A DNA stretch of 64,000 nt from Cyclobacteriaceae bacterium (GTDB lineage: Bacteria > Bacteroidota > Bacteroidia > Cytophagales > Cyclobacteriaceae): the NCBI GenBank assembly GCA_044226825.1, contig JBGAGH010000003.1:133976-197975 (forward strand). The letters are read 5' to 3'. This document shows, piece after piece, positions 56,577-64,000 of this stretch. Within the stretch, counting starts at the first letter, position 1. Each line of letters begins with the position of its first letter. The notes under the pieces are model-generated. The model was given only the letters and a program-made list of their open reading frames with translations, had not been told where the DNA came from and searched no databases. The translations under genes and the position numbers were made by a program.

Positions 56577-56680
56577 TCTATCGTCCTATCGCCCTATCGT
56601 CTATCGTCCTATCGCCCTATCGTCTATCGTCCATCGTCCTCTCGTCCCCTCATCTATCGTCTCTCACCCCCTCAACTCCC
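56575..56680. repeat. Degenerate 7/8-mer tandem repeat (TC(C)TATCG)
   Basis: tctatcg tcctatcg ccctatcg tctatcg tcctatcg ccctatcg tctatcg tccatcg tcctctcg tcccctca. Confidence 0.9.
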
Positions 56681-57257
56681 ACGCCTTATTCCTTTCACTT
56701 TGCAACTCACGCGATAGTTTTACCTCCTTCTCCAACGCCTTCTTTCTAAAGTCCTCAAACTCCGAAGCAATACTATGGATGGTGAGTTCCTTTTCGTGGT
56801 TCGATCGGCGCAGAATTTTGAATGTTCCAAGTAGGGTTAGCAACGCCAGTGTCAGGGCACCGAGGATAATTAGCGCGGAAGTGACGAATACGCCTTTCGC
56901 TACTCTCAATCCAAAGACCGACAGGTGTGTGCGCTCATACTCCGAGTCGGCCAATGTGGTTTCAGCTTCCTTCACGAGTGCCTCCGACTTCTTTATTTCA
57001 TTTTGAAGATTAGAGATCGCAATATTTGCTTGACTTAGATCTAGCTTAAGCTTCGCGATGGAATCCATGTGAATTTTCCACACTCCATCTAGGATGTAGT
57101 TCTTGATCACTTTGTAGTCATTATAGGATTCGGCTTTCTCTTTCATGAGTTCGAACCGCTCTTGGAGGGTATGTTGACCATCGAGGGCCTCTCTCGACTG
57201 GGCGGCAGCTCCCACGATCGACAGGCAGGTCAACATCGACAAAGTGAATTTCTTCAT
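56664..57257 (-). CDS. Signal peptide, coiled coil and TM protein, function unknown
   Basis: Likely start is ATG 57257 (MKKFTL); heptad-rich middle; C-terminal TM and coiled coil. Confidence 0.8.
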   Translation of the reverse strand: MKKFTLSMLTCLSIVGAAAQSREALDGQHTLQERFELMKEKAESYNDYKVIKNYILDGVWKIHMDSIAKLKLDLSQANIAISNLQNEIKKSEALVKEAETTLADSEYERTHLSVFGLRVAKGVFVTSALIILGALTLALLTLLGTFKILRRSNHEKELTIHSIASEFEDFRKKALEKEVKLSRELQSERNKAWELRG

Positions 57258-57409
57258 AGGCTTGAAATTATGATGCGATGTACGAAACCGCGCCAACGCC
57301 CGTCAATATGTAATCTACCGACGCGCGGTGAGGTCGCTAAAGGCTTGATCCAATCGACCAATGAGGTTTGGCCGCCAAGCCCTCAGGAGTGTAGCTACCA
57401 AAAAACCAT

Positions 57410-57417
57410 TAGATTTG
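57410..57417 (+). promoter_or_regulatory. Candidate sigma70 -7 box upstream of the Omp85 gene
   Basis: TAGATTTG, about 230 nt before the likely start. Confidence 0.35.
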
Positions 57418-57649
57418 TCGTTCGATGAAAGCACGGATATGTCTGGCCGGCCGTGCAACACCCCTTTCAAGTATATGGCCAAGGCTTCGATCGCATGCAA
57501 AAGGCTGGAGGATTTATGTGTCAAGTGCTGAGGGGCGGGCAACGGTTGCCTTGCTTTCCACTCGGGACCGACCTTTCCTTCATTGTATGGACACAGGAGG
57601 AATCCGGGTTACAATCATTCAAGGTTCGGAATTTGAGATGAGGGGGAAA

Positions 57650-58765
57650 ATGTTTAGGTGGATGTTGGTGACGTTGCTGGTGCTCAGCCAGCTGGGGGTA
57701 AGGGCACAAGACCAAGTAGAAACGGACAAGGTTGGCAGGCCACCGGTCAAGCAGAAAAAAGATCGTTACGTTCTTTTTCCTGTATTGGTGAAGTCGCCCG
57801 AATACCGATGGGGCGCTGGCGGTGCGGGTACACTCTTTTTCAAGATTGGAAAAGATAGCTCGGCGAGGACATCCAGTTTCAAGGCGGTCACCTTCTTCAC
57901 ATTGCGCAAACAACTGGTGGCGGCGACCGAAGGGAACATCTACTTTCCAAACGAAAAGTATATCGTTGTCGTCACTGCGTCGGCCACTCGATTTCCAGAT
58001 AAGTTTTGGGGGCTTGGGAATGAAACCATGAACTCCGCTGTCGAGAACTACTCGATCTCGCAGTACAACTTTTTTCCGAAGCTCATGCGCAAGGTATTCT
58101 CGCGCGTGTATGCGGGCGTGGGTTATGAATTTCAACACGTATTTAGGTTCGATTACGACCGCGCCAGTGGACAGAGTCTTTTCGACTTGGAAGACATTAC
58201 GGGTCGAAACGGTGGATATGTGTCGGGACCCGGCGCCACCGTGACGTGGGACAGTCGAAACCATGCCTTCGCTCCTTCGCAGGGTTTCTTCATGCAATTT
58301 TACGTGGGCGTGTACGGAAAAATGGTTGGGAGTGATTTCCAGTTTTCTGTCAGGAACCTAGATGTGCGGAAGTATGTCTCGCTTTCCAAAAAGGTCGTGC
58401 TGGCGTTCCAACTCAACCTGATCTCTACTTCGGGCAACGTACCCATCCGACAACTCACCAATATCGGATCCAATAGCTACATGCGCGGTTACTACGAAGG
58501 CCGTTTTCAAGACAAGAATCTATTGGCGTTTCAAACAGAACTCCGGTTCCCGATTTACAAGAGGTTCGGCATGACCACCTTTGCGGGACTAGGCCGTGTA
58601 GGCGGCGCGCTAGGAGATGTATTCGTACCGGAGCATCTAAAGCCCTCTATTGGCGCTGGTATTCGATTCGCGCTCAGCGAACAGGAAAAACTACACTTGC
58701 GTGTCGATGCTGGCTTTGGCAACAAATCGAACGGCACCTACCTAAACATGGGCGAAGCCTTCTAG
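57650..58765 (+). CDS. Omp85/BamA-TamA family beta-barrel without POTRA domains
   Basis: Signal peptide; MRGYYEGRFQD (VRGF-like) motif; C-terminal MGEAF beta-signal. Start may be 57638. Confidence 0.85.
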   Translation: MFRWMLVTLLVLSQLGVRAQDQVETDKVGRPPVKQKKDRYVLFPVLVKSPEYRWGAGGAGTLFFKIGKDSSARTSSFKAVTFFTLRKQLVAATEGNIYFPNEKYIVVVTASATRFPDKFWGLGNETMNSAVENYSISQYNFFPKLMRKVFSRVYAGVGYEFQHVFRFDYDRASGQSLFDLEDITGRNGGYVSGPGATVTWDSRNHAFAPSQGFFMQFYVGVYGKMVGSDFQFSVRNLDVRKYVSLSKKVVLAFQLNLISTSGNVPIRQLTNIGSNSYMRGYYEGRFQDKNLLAFQTELRFPIYKRFGMTTFAGLGRVGGALGDVFVPEHLKPSIGAGIRFALSEQEKLHLRVDAGFGNKSNGTYLNMGEAF

Positions 58766-59032
58766 ACCTCAGGAACCATTTCCACAGTGTGTTGCGCGGG
58801 AGACACACTCCCATCTCTCGCCCATTGAAAGCTACTGCCACGATCGTTCCATTCGACGACTCCATTGCTCCGTTCGGCTAGGAATTCGACGTCGGGCAAA
58901 CATCTTTTCTCAGCGTCAACGTTGATCCACGCGGCCGGGGGCCTCAAAATCAATGGTTGGAAGTCAGGGCCACCCAGTTGATCTACAGGTACCCGGTCGC
59001 TTTTTTGAAGAAGGACTTGAAAAGAAACAACA

Positions 59033-59917
59033 ATGACTTACAACAGCAGAACGTTTATCAAAACATGCGTTGTCATCTGCGCTTGGGGTTTGATGATGGC
59101 ATCGTGTCAAGAAGATCTTGCCCCCAAGAAACTGAGCGTTGAGCAACAAGCTACCTTGGTGGCTAGCGATCACGCTCAAATGTTGATGGCGACACAAGAA
59201 GCGCTCGACGTGACAGCAGGTGCGATGGAGACGAAAGGTGTGTCCTCAGGTAGGGTCGCACAAGGTGGTGGTCACGACGACTATGGTTGTGCTCCGTCTG
59301 TCAACTTGACATTGAACATCGATCGCAATCATCCAGACAGCATCATCTACCAAGGTACCATTGTGATCAACTACGGCGACGGCGCCTCCTGTAATCAAGA
59401 AAGCAAACGAACAGGAAAGATCACCGATGAATTCAATATCATCGTAAGCACGAAAAACCCGCTCGTGTTCAGTTCTACCGAGACACTCACTTTCGACGCA
59501 TTTACGCGAGATAGCACCACCTACAATGGAGCGATCAGTGTTTCCTCGGCCAACGGACGTCGAACCAAGGTTGAGGGGAAGAACGTGTCGATCCACTATT
59601 CCGACGGCTCTGTTTCCGCGTGGAATGGCCTCTTGAACTTCGCTTACGAAGACGTGTCGAAACGCAAAGGTGAGATTAGGGTCACGGGTGCCCTCGACGG
59701 AACCTCGCGCCAAGGAATCGGGTACACGGCAACCATCACCGAAGACGTAATCTTTAAAACAGGATGCTATGGTTGGGTTCGCAAGATTCCGGTCGACGGC
59801 GTGGTAACCCTCACCACGAACGGAACAACTTCGGTTCTTGATTATGGCGACGGCACCTGCGACAAGACCTACTCGATCACGGTTAACGGAGAAACTACCA
59901 CGGAGACCTTCCGCTAG
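59033..59917 (+). CDS. Lipoprotein, function unknown
   Basis: Lipobox MAS-C; C-terminal LDYGDGTCDK motif common in Bacteroidota lipoproteins. Confidence 0.85.
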   Translation: MTYNSRTFIKTCVVICAWGLMMASCQEDLAPKKLSVEQQATLVASDHAQMLMATQEALDVTAGAMETKGVSSGRVAQGGGHDDYGCAPSVNLTLNIDRNHPDSIIYQGTIVINYGDGASCNQESKRTGKITDEFNIIVSTKNPLVFSSTETLTFDAFTRDSTTYNGAISVSSANGRRTKVEGKNVSIHYSDGSVSAWNGLLNFAYEDVSKRKGEIRVTGALDGTSRQGIGYTATITEDVIFKTGCYGWVRKIPVDGVVTLTTNGTTSVLDYGDGTCDKTYSITVNGETTTETFR

Positions 59918-59929
59918 CTAAATTTCTGT

Positions 59930-59971
59930 TTTGGACGTTCGAAGCACGAGGATTAACTTCGAACGTCCAAA
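59930..59971. repeat. Perfect 15-bp inverted repeat with a 12-nt loop
   Basis: TTTGGACGTTCGAAG-CACGAGGATTAA-CTTCGAACGTCCAAA; no U-tract on either strand. Confidence 0.85.
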
Positions 59972-59983
59972 CTCTCACCCACG

Positions 59984-60415
59984 ATGAAAATCCTCACCCT
60001 CCTATGCGCATGTCTACTGTCTAGCGCCGTATACGCCCAAGTCGACTCAAAAGCACAGTCCCTCATCAGCTTACACAAAAAGAAATTCGACTGGCTGGTT
60101 GGCAAGAAAACCGACTCATTGAAGTCCATCCTTGACGACCAGTTGATGTACATTCACTCCAACGGGGTCGTGGAAAGGAAAGGAGAAGTGATCAGCCACC
60201 TCCTCGACGGTACTGTTACCTATAAAAAAGTAGAAGTTGAAGAAGCGACCGCACGTCTGTACGGCGACACGGGAATCATCACCGGCAAGGGAACGTTCGA
60301 AGGTGCTTGGGGCGACCGTGCATTTTCATTGAAACTTTACTACACCGAAGTGTATGTGAAAATGAAGAAGAAGTGGATGTTGGTGAGTAGGGCTGCGACA
60401 AGGATTGAGAATTGA
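59984..60415 (+). CDS. NTF2-like (DUF4440) secreted protein
   Basis: Signal peptide; LMYIHSNGVVERK; RLYGDTGIITG; YTEVYVK. Confidence 0.85.
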   Translation: MKILTLLCACLLSSAVYAQVDSKAQSLISLHKKKFDWLVGKKTDSLKSILDDQLMYIHSNGVVERKGEVISHLLDGTVTYKKVEVEEATARLYGDTGIITGKGTFEGAWGDRAFSLKLYYTEVYVKMKKKWMLVSRAATRIEN

Positions 60416-60439
60416 GGGGAGGGATGGGGACGAGGGGAT
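60414..60439. repeat. Short purine-rich copy of the 8-mer repeat family (opposite orientation)
   Basis: GAGGGGAGGGATGGGGACGAGGGGAT is the reverse complement of tcccctcg/tccccatc units. Confidence 0.6.
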
Positions 60440-60469
60440 AAAAAATTGTTTGAATCTAATTCCAATTAC

Positions 60470-62185
60470 ATGAAGAGGTCTGTTGTCATTTTATTGCTCT
60501 GTTCGGTTGCGATGTCGTATGCTCAGACCAATGAGCTGCTTCGGCAAACAAGCGAGGTGAATGACTTGCTGGTAAACTACGAGGCGGACCTGGGAAGTTT
60601 GGAGCGGTTTTACTTCGTCAATAACAGTCCCGAACGTCGGGAGCGGATGAAGGCATTTTACAACGACTACTTGTCGAAGCTCAACACGCTATCGTTTGAC
60701 AACATGTCAGTGGGTGGTCGTGTCGATTACCTGATGTTCTCCCGGGAGCTGAACGATCAATTGTTTCAACTACAAGTAGAAGAACGAGAAGTAAGCCAGC
60801 TTTCGAAACTAGTGACACAGGCCGATCCCATCTACCAACTTGAAAAACGTCGACGTCGCGGCGAATTCTTGAACAGCGCCCAAGTGGCGCAGCAACTGAA
60901 CGACGTGAACAAAACCATCAAGTTGGCTAGCGATGGACTCACTCGTGAACCCAACTACACCAAGGCTTTGGCGACACGGGCAGAGGGCATCGTCCGCGGC
61001 CAACAGCGCGCCTTGAAGAGTGTATTTGATTTTTATGATGGTTACGATCCCCAATTCACTTGGTGGGTGACGAAACCCTACCAACGTCTAGACTCAACTT
61101 TGGATGCATATGCGACAAAACTCCGCAAGAAAGTCGACCCTGCTACCATGTCGAAAGATGACGGCAGTGGCATCGTGGGGAATCCAATTGGCCGCGAAGA
61201 ACTCATCCGTCAGCTCCAGTTGGAAATGATTCCGTATTCTCCCGAAGAGTTAGTGGAGATTGCCAACAAGGAGTTCGCGTGGTGCGATGCGGAGTTGATG
61301 AAAGCGACGAAAGAAATGGGATTTGGAACCGACTGGAAGGCAGCCCAAGAAAAGGTGAAACAGAGCTACGTGGCGGAAGGGCATCAACCTGAAGCGATGT
61401 TAAAGCTATACAATGAGTCGGTCGAGTTCCTGAAAAAGCACGACCTGATTACCATTCCGCCCATTGCAGAGGAAACTTGGCGGATGAGAATGATACCACC
61501 GAAACAACAATTGATCAGTCCTTTCTTTCTCGGCGGCGAAGTACTCCAGATTTCCTATCCAACCGACGAAATGAATCACGAAGATAAGTTGATGAGTATG
61601 CGGGGTAACAATCCTCATTTCTCTCGGGCCACTGTTCACCATGAATTGATAGCAGGTCATCATCTGCAGGGCTTCATGAACAATCGCAATAAAGCTTATC
61701 GCAATTGGTATACACCGTTTTGGACGGAGGGCTGGGCTTTGTATCAAGAATTCGTGCTGTGGGACCTTGGTTTTCCACGCGGTCCCGAAGACAAGATTGG
61801 AATGCTTTTCTGGCGAATGCACCGGTGCGCCCGAATCATTTTCTCTTTGAATTATCACCTCGGCCGATGGACCCCACAGCAGTGTATAGACTTTTTGGTT
61901 GACCGGGTAGGACACGAACGTGCAAACGCCGAAGGCGAAGTGCGCCGTTCTTTTACCGGCAACTATGGCCCCTTGTATCAACTTGCTTACATGGTGGGCG
62001 GACTCCAATTCTATGCCCTCAAGAAAGAATTGGTGGACAGCGGGAAGATGACCTACAAGCAGTACCACGACGCGGTCATGGCAGAAAATTCAATGCCGGT
62101 GGAAATGGTCCGCGCCATCTTGACCAATCAACCCCTGAAAAAAGACTTTAAGTCGAACTGGAAATTCTACAAACTTTCCAACTAA
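60470..62185 (+). CDS. DUF885 family protein (putative metallopeptidase)
   Basis: Signal peptide (start 60470); HELIAGHHLQ, EGWALY, RCARII, QLAYMVG. Confidence 0.9.
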   Translation: MKRSVVILLLCSVAMSYAQTNELLRQTSEVNDLLVNYEADLGSLERFYFVNNSPERRERMKAFYNDYLSKLNTLSFDNMSVGGRVDYLMFSRELNDQLFQLQVEEREVSQLSKLVTQADPIYQLEKRRRRGEFLNSAQVAQQLNDVNKTIKLASDGLTREPNYTKALATRAEGIVRGQQRALKSVFDFYDGYDPQFTWWVTKPYQRLDSTLDAYATKLRKKVDPATMSKDDGSGIVGNPIGREELIRQLQLEMIPYSPEELVEIANKEFAWCDAELMKATKEMGFGTDWKAAQEKVKQSYVAEGHQPEAMLKLYNESVEFLKKHDLITIPPIAEETWRMRMIPPKQQLISPFFLGGEVLQISYPTDEMNHEDKLMSMRGNNPHFSRATVHHELIAGHHLQGFMNNRNKAYRNWYTPFWTEGWALYQEFVLWDLGFPRGPEDKIGMLFWRMHRCARIIFSLNYHLGRWTPQQCIDFLVDRVGHERANAEGEVRRSFTGNYGPLYQLAYMVGGLQFYALKKELVDSGKMTYKQYHDAVMAENSMPVEMVRAILTNQPLKKDFKSNWKFYKLSN

Positions 62186-62236
62186 CCTCATCGCCTCGTC
62201 CCCTCATCCCCTCTTCCTTTCGTCCCCTCGTCCCCC
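62184..62236. repeat. Degenerate 8-mer tandem repeat (TCCCCTCR)
   Basis: tcccctca tcccctct tcctttcg tcccctcg tcccccta. Confidence 0.8.
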
Positions 62237-64000
62237 TACTCACTCCTCAATACCTTCACCGGGTTGGTCCGAGCTGCTTTCAGTGAATGGTATCCGACTG
62301 TCACGAAAGCCACTAGCGAAATCAAGAGAATCGAGATCAAGTAAGCAAAAGGGCTCATCGGAACACGGTACGCAAAGTTGGTGAGCCACTCGTTCCCAGC
62401 CATCCACGCAATAGGACTGGCTATGATAAAGGAAATCAAAATCAAGACGACGAATTCCCTGTACATTAACAAGATGAGACCTGGTTCGGATGCTCCCAGG
62501 ACTTTTCGGACGCCAATCTCTTTTAAACGACGTTCGGCACTAAACGAAGCAAGGGCAAACAAACCAAGTGAAGCGACGAAAATGGCCAATCCACAGAACC
62601 ACGTGAAGATGGTCACCAGTTTTTCCTCGGCGCGGTAGGTATTGTTCAAGGCCTCATCGAGGAAAGAGTATTCAAAAGGTCGGTTGGGCACCATTTCTTT
62701 CCAGACTTGTTCGATAGACGTCAGCGTAGCGCGATGATCGCCGGCACGGAGTTTCACGGCGACGTTGACGCCCGCTCCCCCGAAAGACATGACCAAGGGC
62801 CCCACTCGGTTTCGGAGTGGATCGAAATTAAAGTCCTTGATTACTCCGATCACTTGGCCATCAGGACTTCCCCCCACGCCGTAGGTAATCTTGCGACCTA
62901 TGGCGTCGGTCCACCCTAGCGACTTTGCGGCCGACTCGTTGATCACGAACCCAATGGTACTATCCGTCCTGTGGTCGATATCAAAAAAACGACCTTGCGC
63001 CATTTCCAATCCAAATGCGGCCGCGAAATCGTGACCTACCGACATAATCGGGAGCATCTGCTCGTCTTCCTTTCCTTCGACCTTCATGGGAAAGTAAGGC
63101 AAAGCCTTTTGACCGAGATCGTGCGAAAGATTCGTGACGATCTGAACACCGGGTATTGAAAGCAGGCGGTTTCTGAACGTTGGAAAATCGCGGAACATGT
63201 TGGTGCCACTCACAGGGACGACCAACATTTGATCCTTGTCGAAACCCATGCTCTTACTTCTCATGAAGGTGAGCTGATCGGAGATGATAAATGTGCCAAT
63301 GAGGAGAATGCACGAAACTGAAAACTGCGCGATGACCAAAGCTTTTCGCAAATCAATTTTACCTGAAAACTTTTGGTGGAGTCCCTTCAAAACGAGCACG
63401 GGCTGAAACGCCGCCATCACGAGGCTCGGGTACACACCCGCGAGCAGGCCAGTAAAGACGATGATGCTCGAAATGACGACCATGTTCCAAGGGTCAAGCA
63501 TTTGCGCCGGGTCGATTGTCGTTTCTGCCAACCGATTGAACACGGGTATAAAAAGTCGCACAAGGACTATCCCAACAACGCCCGCTAGCAACGCTATTAA
63601 AATGGATTCTCCTAGGAACTGAGTGACCAATTGGTGCTTGGCAGCGCCCATTACCTTTCTCACACCCACTTCCTTGCCCCGATTTGAGAAGCGGGCAATT
63701 GATAAGTTCATGAAATTGATGCACGCGATCATCAGAACCAAGATTCCGATAGAACCAAGTGTGTACACGTACTCTATGTTGCCGTTCACCGACATGTCGG
63801 CCGTCGAAAAGTCGGAGTACAAATGAATATCACGAACATTTTGAACCGTCAGCCGGGCATTGTTCTCGGTATACCTGGGTGGGTAATACTTCTTCACAAA
63901 GGCGGGAAGCTTTTCCATGAGGGCTTGCGGAGATGCTCCGGGTTGCAGGACCACATAGCTATAGTACCAAAGACCGATATACACGTTAGGCACGTCGCGT
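62236..64000 (-). CDS. ABC transporter permease (MacB/FtsX type), 5' end outside the window
   Basis: IACINFMNL...RGKEVGVRKVMGA, RRLKEIGVRKVLGAS, C-terminal AARTNPVKVLRSE; the frame is open to the window edge. Confidence 0.93.
   Translation of the reverse strand, partial: RDVPNVYIGLWYYSYVVLQPGASPQALMEKLPAFVKKYYPPRYTENNARLTVQNVRDIHLYSDFSTADMSVNGNIEYVYTLGSIGILVLMIACINFMNLSIARFSNRGKEVGVRKVMGAAKHQLVTQFLGESILIALLAGVVGIVLVRLFIPVFNRLAETTIDPAQMLDPWNMVVISSIIVFTGLLAGVYPSLVMAAFQPVLVLKGLHQKFSGKIDLRKALVIAQFSVSCILLIGTFIISDQLTFMRSKSMGFDKDQMLVVPVSGTNMFRDFPTFRNRLLSIPGVQIVTNLSHDLGQKALPYFPMKVEGKEDEQMLPIMSVGHDFAAAFGLEMAQGRFFDIDHRTDSTIGFVINESAAKSLGWTDAIGRKITYGVGGSPDGQVIGVIKDFNFDPLRNRVGPLVMSFGGAGVNVAVKLRAGDHRATLTSIEQVWKEMVPNRPFEYSFLDEALNNTYRAEEKLVTIFTWFCGLAIFVASLGLFALASFSAERRLKEIGVRKVLGASEPGLILLMYREFVVLILISFIIASPIAWMAGNEWLTNFAYRVPMSPFAYLISILLISLVAFVTVGYHSLKAARTNPVKVLRSE

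Noticed and set aside
56664-57257. Possible tRNA methyltransferase annotation for this protein type
   Set aside because: No SAM-binding or SPOUT motif; the sequence is a signal peptide, coiled coil and TM.
58762-58953. 63-aa minus-strand ORF between Omp85 and the lipoprotein gene
   Set aside because: TTG start, no recognisable features and no promoter or terminator support.
53302-62236. Short-period repeats as CRISPR or coding repeats
   Set aside because: Units are 7-8 nt, degenerate and contiguous with no spacers, and lie in intergenic gaps.
638-64000. Numerous antisense or alternate-frame ORFs in the track (e.g. 1544-2266, 7868-8623, 57521-58297)
   Set aside because: They lie opposite or inside well-supported genes and have no recognisable motifs; they are shadow ORFs.

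Overview
This is a Bacteroidota chromosomal segment, most likely Cytophagales (Chryseolinea/Fulvivirga-like). The evidence is the gldAFG genes, T9SS C-terminal-domain proteins, TAnnTTTG promoter boxes and starts without Shine-Dalgarno sequences. Most of the window is housekeeping and envelope genes: DUF177-rpmF-fabH-efp-accB-accC, NfeD-flotillin, gldA-gldF-gldG-DUF4340-dnaN, tilS/OstA, bamD-rpoZ-coaBC-DUF4835-recN, two ECF sigma/anti-sigma loci, a GMC oxidoreductase pair, GH16, Omp85, DUF885 and a partial ABC permease. The stand-out feature is an 11-kb tandem array (5685-16727) of four TldD paralogues and three TldE/PmbA paralogues. All four TldD carry twin-arginine signal peptides and an intact HExxGH site, with Asp where E. 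coli TldD has its Cys metal ligand; the three TldE have no signal peptide. Intrinsic terminators split the array into three modules (D-D-E | D-E | D-E). It leads into a DUF4159-MoxR-DUF58-BatA-membrane protein operon containing a His/acid-rich tract. I interpret this as a candidate periplasmic, combinatorial TldDE peptidase system with a dedicated AAA+/vWA assembly module; that interpretation is inference. Other points of note are a degraded accessory insert with a duplicated 48-bp hairpin element upstream of the array, an Asn-tipped EF-P, a mirrored pair of ECF promoters, a tRNA-3'-like fragment at the array boundary, and strand-polarised short-period repeats after stop codons. No CRISPR array, rRNA, complete tRNA or intact mobile element was found. 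All family assignments come from motif recognition, not database searches.
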